A stretch of DNA of 64,000 nucleotides from Lepidodermella squamata (taxonomy: Eukaryota > Animalia > Gastrotricha), in assembly GCA_047495785.1 (NCBI GenBank), contig JBLDXI010000058.1:310001-374000 (forward strand), given 5' to 3'. Within the stretch, counting starts at the first letter, position 1; each line of letters opens with the position of its first letter. A program made the position numbers and the translations under genes. A model generated the notes under the pieces. That model did no database searches and was not told where the DNA came from. It worked only from the letters and a program-made list of their open reading frames with translations. Shown piece by piece: positions 44,581 to 55,434 of the stretch.

Positions 44581-46395
44581 ATGAGGTTTAAGTTTTCGTC
44601 AATTTTGCTCGGCTTAGTATTTATTACTAGCCCTTGTAGCTCTGATTATCCGACCGATGAAGAAGTTGCCTATGCTAACAACTGGCTCAACCTCGGTTAT
44701 GGTCACTACTTTTATACAGTCATATTAACTGGAAAGTATTCCGAGAGCATATCAGATCTTGACAAAATCACCGGATGCAGTGAAGCTTTTCAAAGTTATC
44801 TCTCCGAGAACAGGTACAAATTGATAGCAGTTCCTCCGAGCCGACCAACCTTCATAGGAATGGGTGTTTATTTGAGCGTATGTTTTTCAAGAATTTCCAC
44901 AATCATAATCTAAGCATTGTTTAATGCAGAATTTGGACGACGTTTCCGATACTGATCAAACAGTCACACTGACAGCAATTTTCACTATGAAGTGGGCTAG
45001 ATACTAGATATTATGTGTTGTCATTGTTTATGTTGATATTTCTATCAATTTTTCAGGTGGCTTGACACCCGAATTTCATTCAAAGCCGGCCCCGACTGCG
45101 TGAATTATACCTACGTCCTGCCTAATCTTCAGAGCATTTGGTTCAGCCCGATAACCATCGAAAACAGCGCAACCGATCAAGTAATTATGCCAGTTATTTG
45201 GGAAAAATGTATTGGTACTTGGCACTGATTGTGGTTACATCACTAATGTCACTATTTATAGTTCCAGCCTATGTCACCGAGTCCGGTTTCATTGAAAGCC
45301 GATTCGTTCTGAAGCTTCATGTCAGGTTTATTATTTGAGCTGACTTTAAGCTAACCTTAATTGTCCTTTTCAAGCTGTGACATGGACCTGAAGTTATATC
45401 CCCGGGACTGGCAAAACTGCGCAATAAATATGAGGTAAAATTTGATTCGGCCATCATCCAAAGGCGCAATAATTCACTTTTCGACAGGATGCCCTACCTT
45501 ATAAACGAGGTGATAATTTTGCCATACGCTCCAAATACCATGTTGTTTTTCTGGTCGGATGACATCAACCATCCGACTTGGGAAAATACAGCAGGTCCCG
45601 CCGACAGCTGGGATGAAGATCATGTTTCGGATGGAAAGAAAACCAGGATACACCAATTTGTAAAAGAACTTTCTCAGGCTATTTTTGTAAATTGCTATGG
45701 CAATTCGTTCACCCAGGGTAATCATGGCTCCGACTGTAATCATCAGCTTGGGAACGGTAATTTTAAACTTCATTATCAACGCATTCTAAATTAGATGAAT
45801 TCCATTAGATTCTACCGTTTATTGAGCCTCACGATGCCGGAGACAAAGTAAGTTCCTTTTCCAATGCAGCAATGATTTATCTTTTTTTGCCAGATGAGCA
45901 CGATGCTGACTATGCTACTAGCATATTTCCTGGTCCTGCTAACAGTGGTCAGCACCACGCCACAAACTTCAGAGAACATACCACTATTACTGGAATTTTT
46001 CGTCATAATTCTTACAATTGGTAAATTTTCAATGGAATGTATCTGCGTCTTCAAATATTTCATTGTAAGGAATGGCCGGCGCTTTCGCCTGTGCACTCAT
46101 CTGTCGACTTGCTGCCAGTAGCCCTCCGACCAAGAAGAAATCTGGAAGTTATCAATACTACATGTGCCCACCGCTGAACCTTAAAACCCTCAATAACGTC
46201 TGTCTTGTCCTGTAAGATAACTATAAATTTCTACGATCAACTTGCACTATGCTCATATTTAGGTATTGCTTGACTCTTGGATCGGCTTATGTTTACCTCT
46301 TCGCTTCTATGGAAAGCATCAGAAGTTCGATGTTGGCTGAAGAAGCGAAAAAGTACAACTACACTCCTATCTACGTTTCTACTGGAAATGGATAA
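44581..46395 (+). CDS. Divergent Cys-loop ligand-gated ion channel subunit L1 (multi-exon; apparent 1-bp frameshift ~45585)
   Basis: Signal peptide, WLDTRI, IWFSP, Cys-loop CDMDLKLYPRDWQNC, F.MERK before M1, GDK-M2 (MSTMLTMLLAYF), TPQTS..IPL and M4. The frame shifts between NHPTWE and GMKIMFRMERK. Confidence 0.8.
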
Positions 46396-46506
46396 ACGAA
46401 ATGGAGGACGAAATTATTACGCTTTTATTTGCCTTTCAAGTTGAAAGTAACTATGCCGGAGCTCAGCTTCGATGCCGTATAAAAGCTACAAAGATCATTG
46501 AAAAAT

Positions 46507-47134
46507 TCAAGTTATCTTGATTTGCCCGTCCATAATGCCTTTCGCTAGGGTCTGCGCCCAAACGAAGAAAGAACGCCGCTGTTGGCAAATATCAGCAGAT
46601 TTGAACACATTCATGCAAGCATCGAGTCGCTGTTTTTGCTGTAGTCGATAGAAAAATCGGGCCAGGGTGTAGAGGCGTTTGGTCAAAATTGCGCCAATAT
46701 TGCTGCAGCTTATTCTTGGCCTTCGAGGCGCTATTTTCGCCCTCATTAGACCACTGGGGAGAAAATTGTCGCTTGGTAGAACCTCATCGGACGATTTCTC
46801 TGTTTCGACAGGCAAAGGCGGCTCTGGTGATGGAGGTTTTTTCAGTTGCTTCTGACGTTCGCAGTATTGGTTGATTTCGACAGAGCTCATGAATTCATGT
46901 TTCAGCAGGCCTAAAACTGCTTCGTTCACCTTAGCTAAGAGAGAGATTAAAAACGTAATTAGCTAAAGCAAAAGCGAAAGATTCAATTTACTAACCGAGG
47001 GATGCAGGTTGTTCGTTGGTTGATCGAGCCTTTGGGGTTTGAACCAGTTGTGATCTAAGCTTTGTCCTAGCATAGCATGCGGACCATGTTGCCACGACCC
47101 AGAGACCAGCAACAAACGAATTCGTGGGTTTCAT
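46507..47134 (-). CDS. Secreted family B copy B3 (exons 47134-46996, 46934-46507)
   Basis: Signal peptide MKPTNSFVAGLWVVATWSACYA and a 61-nt phase-1 intron. C-terminus: CMNVFKSADICQQRRSFFVWAQTLAKGIMDGQI. Confidence 0.78.
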
Positions 47135-47591
47135 TTTGCTTTAAATCGACTTCGCAGGTAGCTGAAAATTAAAAAAATACAGATCATCAACTGACAACAA
47201 CAACTCTTAAGACAAAATCAAAACGTATTTCTGGTTCTGAATAGCTGCGGGGATGTTATTGTTTTCATTCGAATGCATGTAAAATGCCTCTGCACTTGTA
47301 TGTGATATCTGGGAGGAGTTGAGCGTTGATCAATTTCAGAATTTCAAGTGCTGCTGCTTAAAAGAAAACGTGGCTAACCGCCCACTGAAATTCGAACATA
47401 GTTTCCTGAAATTGATCAAAACAGACTGCCAATAGATAGGAGGTGAAGTGAAAGCTTCCGCCTGAAAACAGCTCGTTACGTGGGATTTGTAACAAAATAA
47501 ACGACTGGAGAAGGGAGGAGCACTTCCGAGCGCTGCGACCTAGGACGTTCGGATAACGTAAGTCTTTATTGCCTCGTAAGGCATAGCTTTA

Positions 47592-49441
47592 TTACAGTAC
47601 TGATGCTATGTATGACTCAGTACTCAGAAGCGGATTGAGTTCATCATCGTTGAAGAGCTGGACTGTCGTATAATTGAATTTCTTTGCGTTTTCCGCTTTC
47701 AGAGCCGCAATGTTGTTTTCCAGACTGACTCCTAAATATATGTAGGCGCAAACCACGGCAATTACGTATCTAATATTTGATAACAAAGGTCAAACAAAAA
47801 AGTCCGAAACGGGAGGAGTTAACTCACAGAATAAGGGTTACGTCATTCAATAGGCTGGCAGTGATGCAAGGAAATAACTGAAGGCAGACATTTTGTTGGA
47901 CCGACCCACGTTTAGCTTTTGCCATTGCTTCCTCGTGGCTATTCAGCCTTAAAATCAGGGCACACAACACGGCGCCAGCCATGCCCACGCCAATGAGGGC
48001 AACGAAGAATATCATAAGTATTGGAATCGAATCGGAAGTTTGCGGGGTTGAATCCATCATCGTAAGCAACACTGTATGGAAAAATGAAAGCAAACTTCAG
48101 CATCTTGAAGAAATTTCCGCTTACTCAAAAAATAGGCCAATAAACTGGTCAACATTGTAGCCATCTGAAAATTGCCAATCAGCATCCATAATTGACAGTT
48201 TAAGATGACTAACCTTTTCTCCAGCGTCTTTGCTGAGGACGAATGTTAAGACCTGTGAATAAATCTTACTAAATGTCTTGAATCTAACTTAGCTACATAC
48301 CGTCGCTAAACTAATAAAACACGTTGGCAGTAGAAGGGTCCAGATAAAAAAACTCGACTTTCTCTCCAAACGGAACCAAAAGCGCAGGCCAGGTGTATTG
48401 GAATCTTTCTTCCAATCAGTTGGCACTGCGGATTGCCCCGTTATGCTCCAGATCGGATGATTGCCACTGTCGTCATCCCAAAGAGTCAGAGCAGTATCGA
48501 ATGACGGGACGAAGTACTGCAGCTGATTCATTCGCAGCCCGTTCGAACGAACCGTTAGATGACAGTTTTGCACGTCGTATGGATAGGCCAGGAGCATCTG
48601 ATAAGTAAAATTTACGCCAACAACTTCTCTAAGGGCAGTTTAACCAACCATGTCACAGCTGAGAAACAGATTTCACGTAAAATTCGCAGGGAATTTGAAG
48701 CTAAATCCTTACTTTAGGACAAGGCGTAAGCCAACACGCCAGATAACCACGCCATTGTAAACCAAGGCAGGAAATCTGAAGTAGAAAACGAGAGTTGACA
48801 AAATTGAGAAAAAATCTAATTCCTAATCGTACTTCTCCCAGGCTTCGTAATATAAGACTCTTTCAGCAGAATTGTCGACCATGAATGATGGAAACCATAT
48901 TGTTCGTAGATCCGGAATTGGAAGACCTATCCAACGGCACGCTTCTCCCCCGCAAGCCTCATCGAGACGGCGATCAATCCACCTGAACTCGATCATGACA
49001 GTTATCGTGACAGTTTGATCTCGGTCGTTCATTCCATTCAAGTTCTGAAGATACATAATATCATTAGCTGTGATAGTCATAGTGTCATTTCTCTATATAT
49101 ACAGTGAGGGCCACCCTGGCAGAAATCCATGCCGGCTGTGTAGGGGGCTGCAGAATGGAATATTTATTCATAGGATCCTGAATCCATGTAAGTAAGGTTG
49201 TTCCGCATCTTTTAGAATTTGTCAGCAACTCGGAGTCATTGTCTGGTATGGTGTAAATTGAAAAGTCATTTGGGAAGAAACCACGATTGAAAAAGTCCAT
49301 GTAGCCTTGAGTTGTGTCAGGACCACCAGAATATGGATCATCGGGAATTGTTATACCGTTCCCGTCATCTATAATAGTCCCGTTATCCAAAACTGTAGCC
49401 GAAACAATTGACAACACGAAAAACCAGGAGAAGATGAGCAT
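47592..49441 (-). CDS. Divergent Cys-loop ligand-gated ion channel subunit L2 (multi-exon)
   Basis: WIDRRL, IWFPS, Cys-loop CDMMLLAYPYDVQNC, FRLERKSSFF-M1, GEK-M2 and TPQTSDSIPI. Paralog of L1. Confidence 0.85.
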
Positions 49442-49937
49442 TTTCGCTCGAATTCATAAAATCTCGAAAATTGACATTAAGGCAACAGCAAGCCTTAAAA
49501 CTGACTTTATTTGATCAGTTGCTAACCCTCCCACCCAATGGAGCCGCAAAACACGATAGCTCATTTCTTGCGCCGCATCTTGTAAGTTTATGCAATATTT
49601 GTTTTGGCTTTAATTCATGGTGTTGTCTTCAGAATGCTCAGAAAACGGTCACTAGATATTTCTCATGCCATCCTCATGTCGTTTAAGCGCGATTGAATGA
49701 ATCACGTTACCCGTGAGCATATTTACATTCCATAGGTACGCTGGTTGAAATTTTATGTCGTGTTTTATTTCTGTATCTCAATATCGCAAGTTGTTAAGCT
49801 GATTGGTTTTTATCAAGTTTCAAGCGTAGACGACTCACGTAAATGAAAAGCGTAGGTTTGAGCAGATACGCGTCTTAAAGAAAGAAAGAGAGAGAAAACT
49901 TAACAGCAGGGTTGCATTTCATTTTTAAATTTATATA

Positions 49938-50509
49938 ATGCTGCTGTTAATACTCGTCTCATTGCCTTTATTTAGCTGCGCTGAAGAGATTAAGGGTTTC
50001 AAGAAACTGCCTGGTATCCTAAGGACAGCCCAATCTTGGTTACCGAAAATATCAGCATTAGAACGTGAGGTTCCTAATTTTATATCAACTTAAACAGTTT
50101 CTTTATTCCAGACGATGATTCTGCCGCAAACATGTTGAAAAAAGAGCTTGCGGCAGCGGGGAATATAATCAAAGTGTGCGGGACGTCAAATCGTTTGGCG
50201 AGTAGGATGGCAAACAGACCGAAGCGACAGCAAACAGACACCGCTAAGGATCCCGTCGTGATATACGAGAAAACAACTTATGATCCAGTCGCGCGTCTAA
50301 CCAAAATGTGCTCGAATATGTCTGCGCTTCTAGGCAGGCGCATGAAGGTGATTTTCAGTCTGATCCAGGGGATTCAACAACGCCAACGTATGGAAAAGTG
50401 CATGGAAATATTCAGTTCCGCGGATATTTGCAATCAGCGCCAATCGTTTTTCGTCTGGGCACAGGTTGTAGCTAAGGATATCCTCAACGGCAATATCGAG
50501 TCGCTCTGA
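49938..50509 (+). CDS. Secreted family B copy B4 (exons 49938-50064, 50112-50509)
   Basis: Signal peptide MLLLILVSLPLFSCAE and a 47-nt phase-1 intron. C-terminus: CMEIFSSADICNQRQSFFVWAQVVAKDILNGNI. Confidence 0.78.
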
Positions 50510-51204
50510 GATACACACGAGTTCACAAAGCTTACTATTTTTTTGGCAATTTTTGACTAATACCTATGCTTTGGTGTTATAGTGGTTAGTGATGACTGCA
50601 AACTAGAATTGCTTCTGAATCTCCCGATTTTACGAGCTAGCCATCTTCGGCTGTAGATTGAAACTTGAAACGTGTATAAGATTTGATTAAGTAAATCGCG
50701 CTTTTTAGTGTCACATCTCATTGAATTGCGTGCATGTGCGTGATGGGCATAAACACGCCCATCAAACATCGAATCTAATTAGGGATCGAAGAATCGGAAC
50801 CGGTTGAACGTCATGTCACTCGCTTTGTTAATTTTTGTCGTTGGATGAAATCATTGATTGCCAGGCCATTGAATACCTGAGTCTGAATTTTTATGACACA
50901 TTTCACGCTCAGTGCGCGTATTGCGGAGGAACGTTCGGCTTGAACGAATTTCACGGTTATTAATGCGCCGAAGTGTGTAGCCGACATTGTAGATCGCACA
51001 GGATGATTTAACTGTGAAAATTATATTTTTCGACTCAAGCAATTTGTCTGATAGAACGCGATATTGTCCGCATCAATGAACCATGTCGCGAATAAATAGC
51101 GCATGTCTCAGTAATTGAGGAAAAGACACTTCAACAGGATATATAAACGCACTTCGTGTTGAGAATCGCAATACATTTCGAATTCTCAGCAAGCTACTAG
51201 AATA

Positions 51205-52046
51205 ATGCACGAGAGGGGCAATTTCACGGACTTGAAGAAAATTGTTGCATCATGCAGGCGAGCATCAGCGGCCCTAATTTCGTCAACTTCCCCTCTTTTA
51301 AGCCGACCAAACGGAAAGTCGAGAAAGCATCCGCATGAGAACCACTTTCACACCTGCGAGGTGCAGATCCTGCGATCAACCTTTGATCACGTGAAGCAAA
51401 TGGAGACTTTCCCTTGGGAGGTTCAAGACAGGTAAGAATAAAATATAGTAGTCCACTTTAAAATCAAAACATCCCTTATTTTGACAGCTTAGCAACTTCA
51501 AATCATGCCGAGATCGTTGCCAAGTGTTACAGATTTCAGAGTCGGCTCGTCGAGCTGCAAATGGATGCGGAAAATATGAATTTAGCAACTATCATGATCA
51601 GCGTCCTCGAGCGATGCTTGGCTAAAATTCACAACCCAGCTAGCCTTGATGATGAAATCAATCAGATAATCACCCTTCATCGAGTTCTGGGCATTCATCC
51701 CAGGCTGACAGCTGCTATTCTCGAGGAAATCAAGCCTGTTGTATCGGCGCATCTAATATATGGCCACCTGTGTATCGTTAAGGAGGAGAGTGAGCGTCGC
51801 CGGTCGTCCTACGCCGGAAAATATGTAGCACGCCAGCCTGTGGGCAGAACCAACTCGAACAACCACGCGAAAGATATATTCAGCAAGATATTGCATTTTC
51901 GTCATCAAGAGAAGCCATCAAGTTGTCCGAACCTTCGCCAAGAATGTCTTACTTGCCGCACGTGGGATCGATTCTTTGAATGCCTTATCAAGCGCTTCAT
52001 AAAACCAACGGCGGAATGCAAAGGCAATAAGCCACTACTCTTTTAA
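51205..52046 (+). CDS. Divergent globin-fold protein (exons 51205-51431, 51488-52046)
   Basis: A-helix-like EVQILRSTFDHVK and E/F-like IMISVLERCLAKIHNPASLDDEINQIITLHRVLGI (proximal His). H-helix-like WDRFFECLI. The phase-2 intron sits at a position equivalent to the ancestral globin B12.2 intron. Confidence 0.6.
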
Positions 52047-52428
52047 AATGACTGAAAACGCACTCGTACTACGTCATTTAGGCTACGATTCTTTCACCTC
52101 TCATTTTTTCATTGAAAGTTCTATTCGTAGAAAGTAGCAATGCTCTATGAGCTATACATGGACCGTTGTAGCACTATAGATGAACCAATAAATCACATTG
52201 ATTTAACGATTGAAGAATTTTAGTAGCCCGGCGGGTCTCGCATTAAATTTGCATCGGATTCGCTCAGTTTCTATCAGACACCTTAGAATAATAAAGAAGG
52301 TCGCATCTATTGGTTACAAGCTCGTTGATCGATTACGCCAGCCTCGCTGTGTTTTTTTCGCCTATTACAAAGAAACTCGCAGAAGGTGAAAAAACGAGCT
52401 GCACTTCGCCTGGCCTAGCAAATAGAAC

Positions 52429-53523
52429 ATGGCTTCCCGCGCCGAGTCCGAGGGCGGAGTAAGTGTCGCTGCGTCAGGTAAACCCCACAGTGAAGCTCCT
52501 TCGAACGTCAGTTCATTGCCTTCAATTGTCAAATCAATACACGGCCCTGGGGTCCGTTATTACTATCTAAGTGGTCAAAAGAAATACGACGATCGATTTT
52601 GGGATACCAAAGCAAATCTCGATCTTTACAACTGGCAGTTTCACAGAAATCGAGTTAAGCTTCGTAAGTTTACTTTTAGAATGAAGTCCACCTTAGCTTT
52701 ATTTTTTTTCAGAGGGTAGTCACGTAGATGCAGATCTTCCAGCAGAATTTGTTAGGCAAGTTGAAATATTGGCTGATAGGGCGAAGCGAAAGAAGGCATT
52801 CGAGGAGAAGGAGATCGAAGAGAAAAATAAACTGCTTGCCGTATACAAACAGGGCGTCTCTCCAGACCCTTACGCTTACAAATTGGAGCCCATAGTAGAG
52901 GCTAGGAGATCTTTCTAGTAAGGATTAATTTCGATAGATTCACCTCTTACCTGTCTCGTTTTTTGTTCTCAGTAAAGAGAATTCAGAAGTCCTACGGCAG
53001 CGGAGATCTGTGGAGCTTAGTGAAGAGAATAAGGTAATAGCTGGGAAGAATAAGAAAGCTATTCGATCGATTCAATTTGACAAAGCGGAATCTTTTTATC
53101 AGGTAAAGCAAGCTTAAGTTCCTGAATTGCTTATTCCTTATTTTTCTGCATGTTGTGATTTTCAAGCACCATCTGAAGCAAATGTATAAACTAACGCGAT
53201 TCCCGGCTATCCAAAGCCAGCTGATAAAGGGTCAGATCTGCTTGCTTGATTTAACGCTGAGGAACCAGGCTAACTGGAGATATAATGTTGCAGGTGAATC
53301 GACTACTCCCCGCGACAGCAAGGCGCCATCGCAACTGGCGACGGACCGGTCATCCAAAGTCGAGAAACTTCCCCGTGACATCGTTAATAAACATCCAGTT
53401 CTTGGTCATGGAGGACACCCTGAGAAGGACAGTGGCAAACGAAAGACTCTGGTTTCAGCAGACCCTCGGCACACTCCGCCGGCGTCGCCCGAAGATGGAG
53501 ATATCAGAAACGCGGCTTTTTAA
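52429..53523 (+). CDS. CFAP97/hemingway-like protein C4 (multi-exon)
   Basis: YYYLSGQKKYDDRFWDTKANLDLYNWQFHRNRV aligns with C1 (YYYVSG...FWNTDLNSDYNYWLKHRKRI). The downstream exon structure is approximate. Confidence 0.58.
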
Positions 53524-53649
53524 CAAAAACCCTGTGCAATAGTAGAAAACCGCGTGCATTTCCCGGTGATCAAAAGTTGCTTTGTTAGTATTTCGACAAG
53601 AAAAATAAATAGTTACGGAGGGATAATTCTTTTTTTATTGAAAAACCAG

Positions 53650-54734
53650 TTACATTAAGCAGATTCTTGTTAATAGGGGCAAATCCGAAGGCTTTGGCGG
53701 CTCTACAGAATTAGCCCCCACTGGCTTTGTAAATTTATGCACTAGTAATGTCCTTAATGCTAAAACAGCGAAGGCCGCCAGGATGATACTCGCACCAACG
53801 ATGCTGTAAGGATGCGGTATTACGCCTACAACAATTATCTCCCAAAAATACTGAAAAATCAACTCAGAGATTGGATCGAGAGCTAAAAATGCTGGAGGGA
53901 GACTTTTTGACGCAAGCATATCCAGCGCAATTCTTCCACTGCCTAAGAGGCCTATGACTATGGTGGCTACTCGAATATGCGTCTCGCAGGGTGGAAGTCG
54001 AATGTCCCATACCAAGAAGATAATCGTCGCGATCCAACCGCTAACAAAACCGTGAATCGTAGAGACGCTAGCTATTGGGATTTCTTTTAGGCACGCGTAA
54101 GTTGAATACATAATTGATCCTAGGAGTATTGAGCCGAACGCCAAGATGCATCCAACAACATCAGGCGGATCGGAGTTGCTGAAAATGAAGTCTGGGCGGA
54201 CAATGAATGCGGCTCCTTAAAATGGAAAAATAAAAAAACCTCCTTAACGAAATTCAATTTCTAACCTGCAACACAAGCGAAAAACAGTGGGAAATCAGTG
54301 AGACGCGGTCGTTGCCGCAAGAATGGCCAACTTATCATCATGGTTAAAAAAGGACCCATCGCTGTGATTGTTGCGAAATCCGGCAAGCGGATCCTTTGAA
54401 CTGCATACAACGCAAGTCCGACCTTTCCTATTGCACTCATGCAGCGCAATGTCAGAAATGTCCACACTCTTTTGTTGTAGCGTCCGAATTCGATGATAGG
54501 CTCGCTTTTGTAGACAGCAATAGGCACTGCAGTGAAAAATACCGTCCATTGCCGGATCATGAGAACAAACGCCCCAGGCAATGGGTCGGCGGCTTCTGAT
54601 GAGGTCACTTTTTGGACGAAGACGTTGTAGACAGCGCCGGAAAGGCCGGCAGAGATCACGCAGATAAAACCGAACCACCATCGTAGGATGACCGAATTCT
54701 CCGGTATAACGTACCGTTTTCGGCGAAGAGTCAT
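53650..54734 (-). CDS. SLC35G/EamA-family drug-metabolite transporter (2 exons)
   Basis: Two hydrophobic EamA-like halves (YAVQRIRLPDF.TI...PF.T...SWPFL; P..YSIVGASII) joined through IVRPDFIF. Confidence 0.75.
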
Positions 54735-55434
54735 AATTTGAAAATCATCATCTGAAAATGAAAACTGTGAAGTGGCCCCATATCGTTGCGAAGTTCATTA
54801 TACAGACATCTCACTGCCGGTCAGTACCTATGGGAGAAATTCTTATCGGGAATTTCTCGCCAATATACAGCCCAGCTTTGCGATAACAAAACGTACTCGT
54901 ATTAAACAATGTCTTTGCGTACTTTTTATTCAGATGACAACGGTAACAAAAAAGTTATAGTATTTAAAATTGCCAAAAACAGTCAAGTTTTTCTTGAGCT
55001 TTTTTACAGGATAATTATCTCGATTTTTCATACAGCTTTCTGAGCTACAAAATAAACTAAAACAAGGCGTACTGCGGTACCCGTCTGGTTGGGGTTTTAA
55101 TTTAACTAAATATGAGAATAATACTATCAGCTACTCACGAAACGATTTTTGCACATTTTGTTCCATGTCATGGCCCTTCCATCAGGATAAAATAGCGAGA
55201 AAAATATGACGGGTCGGAACAAATATAGGTAAAATTAACTTATTATGTAAAAAAATAAAAATAACAAAATTCAATGCGAATATCTGTTAATCGATGCGGA
55301 AACAACTAAATTGCCGTCATTTGATATTTACAGCGTAATTTTTCTAGCTATATTATGTACTCTGTTTTCGAATATCGCAGATGCTATGTATGACAAGGAG
55401 GAAGGATCATATTTTAGGTAAACATGAAGTCTGC

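Noticed and set aside
50557-51042. Short minus-strand ORFs between B4 and the globin
   Set aside because: No recognisable motif or consistent splice model.
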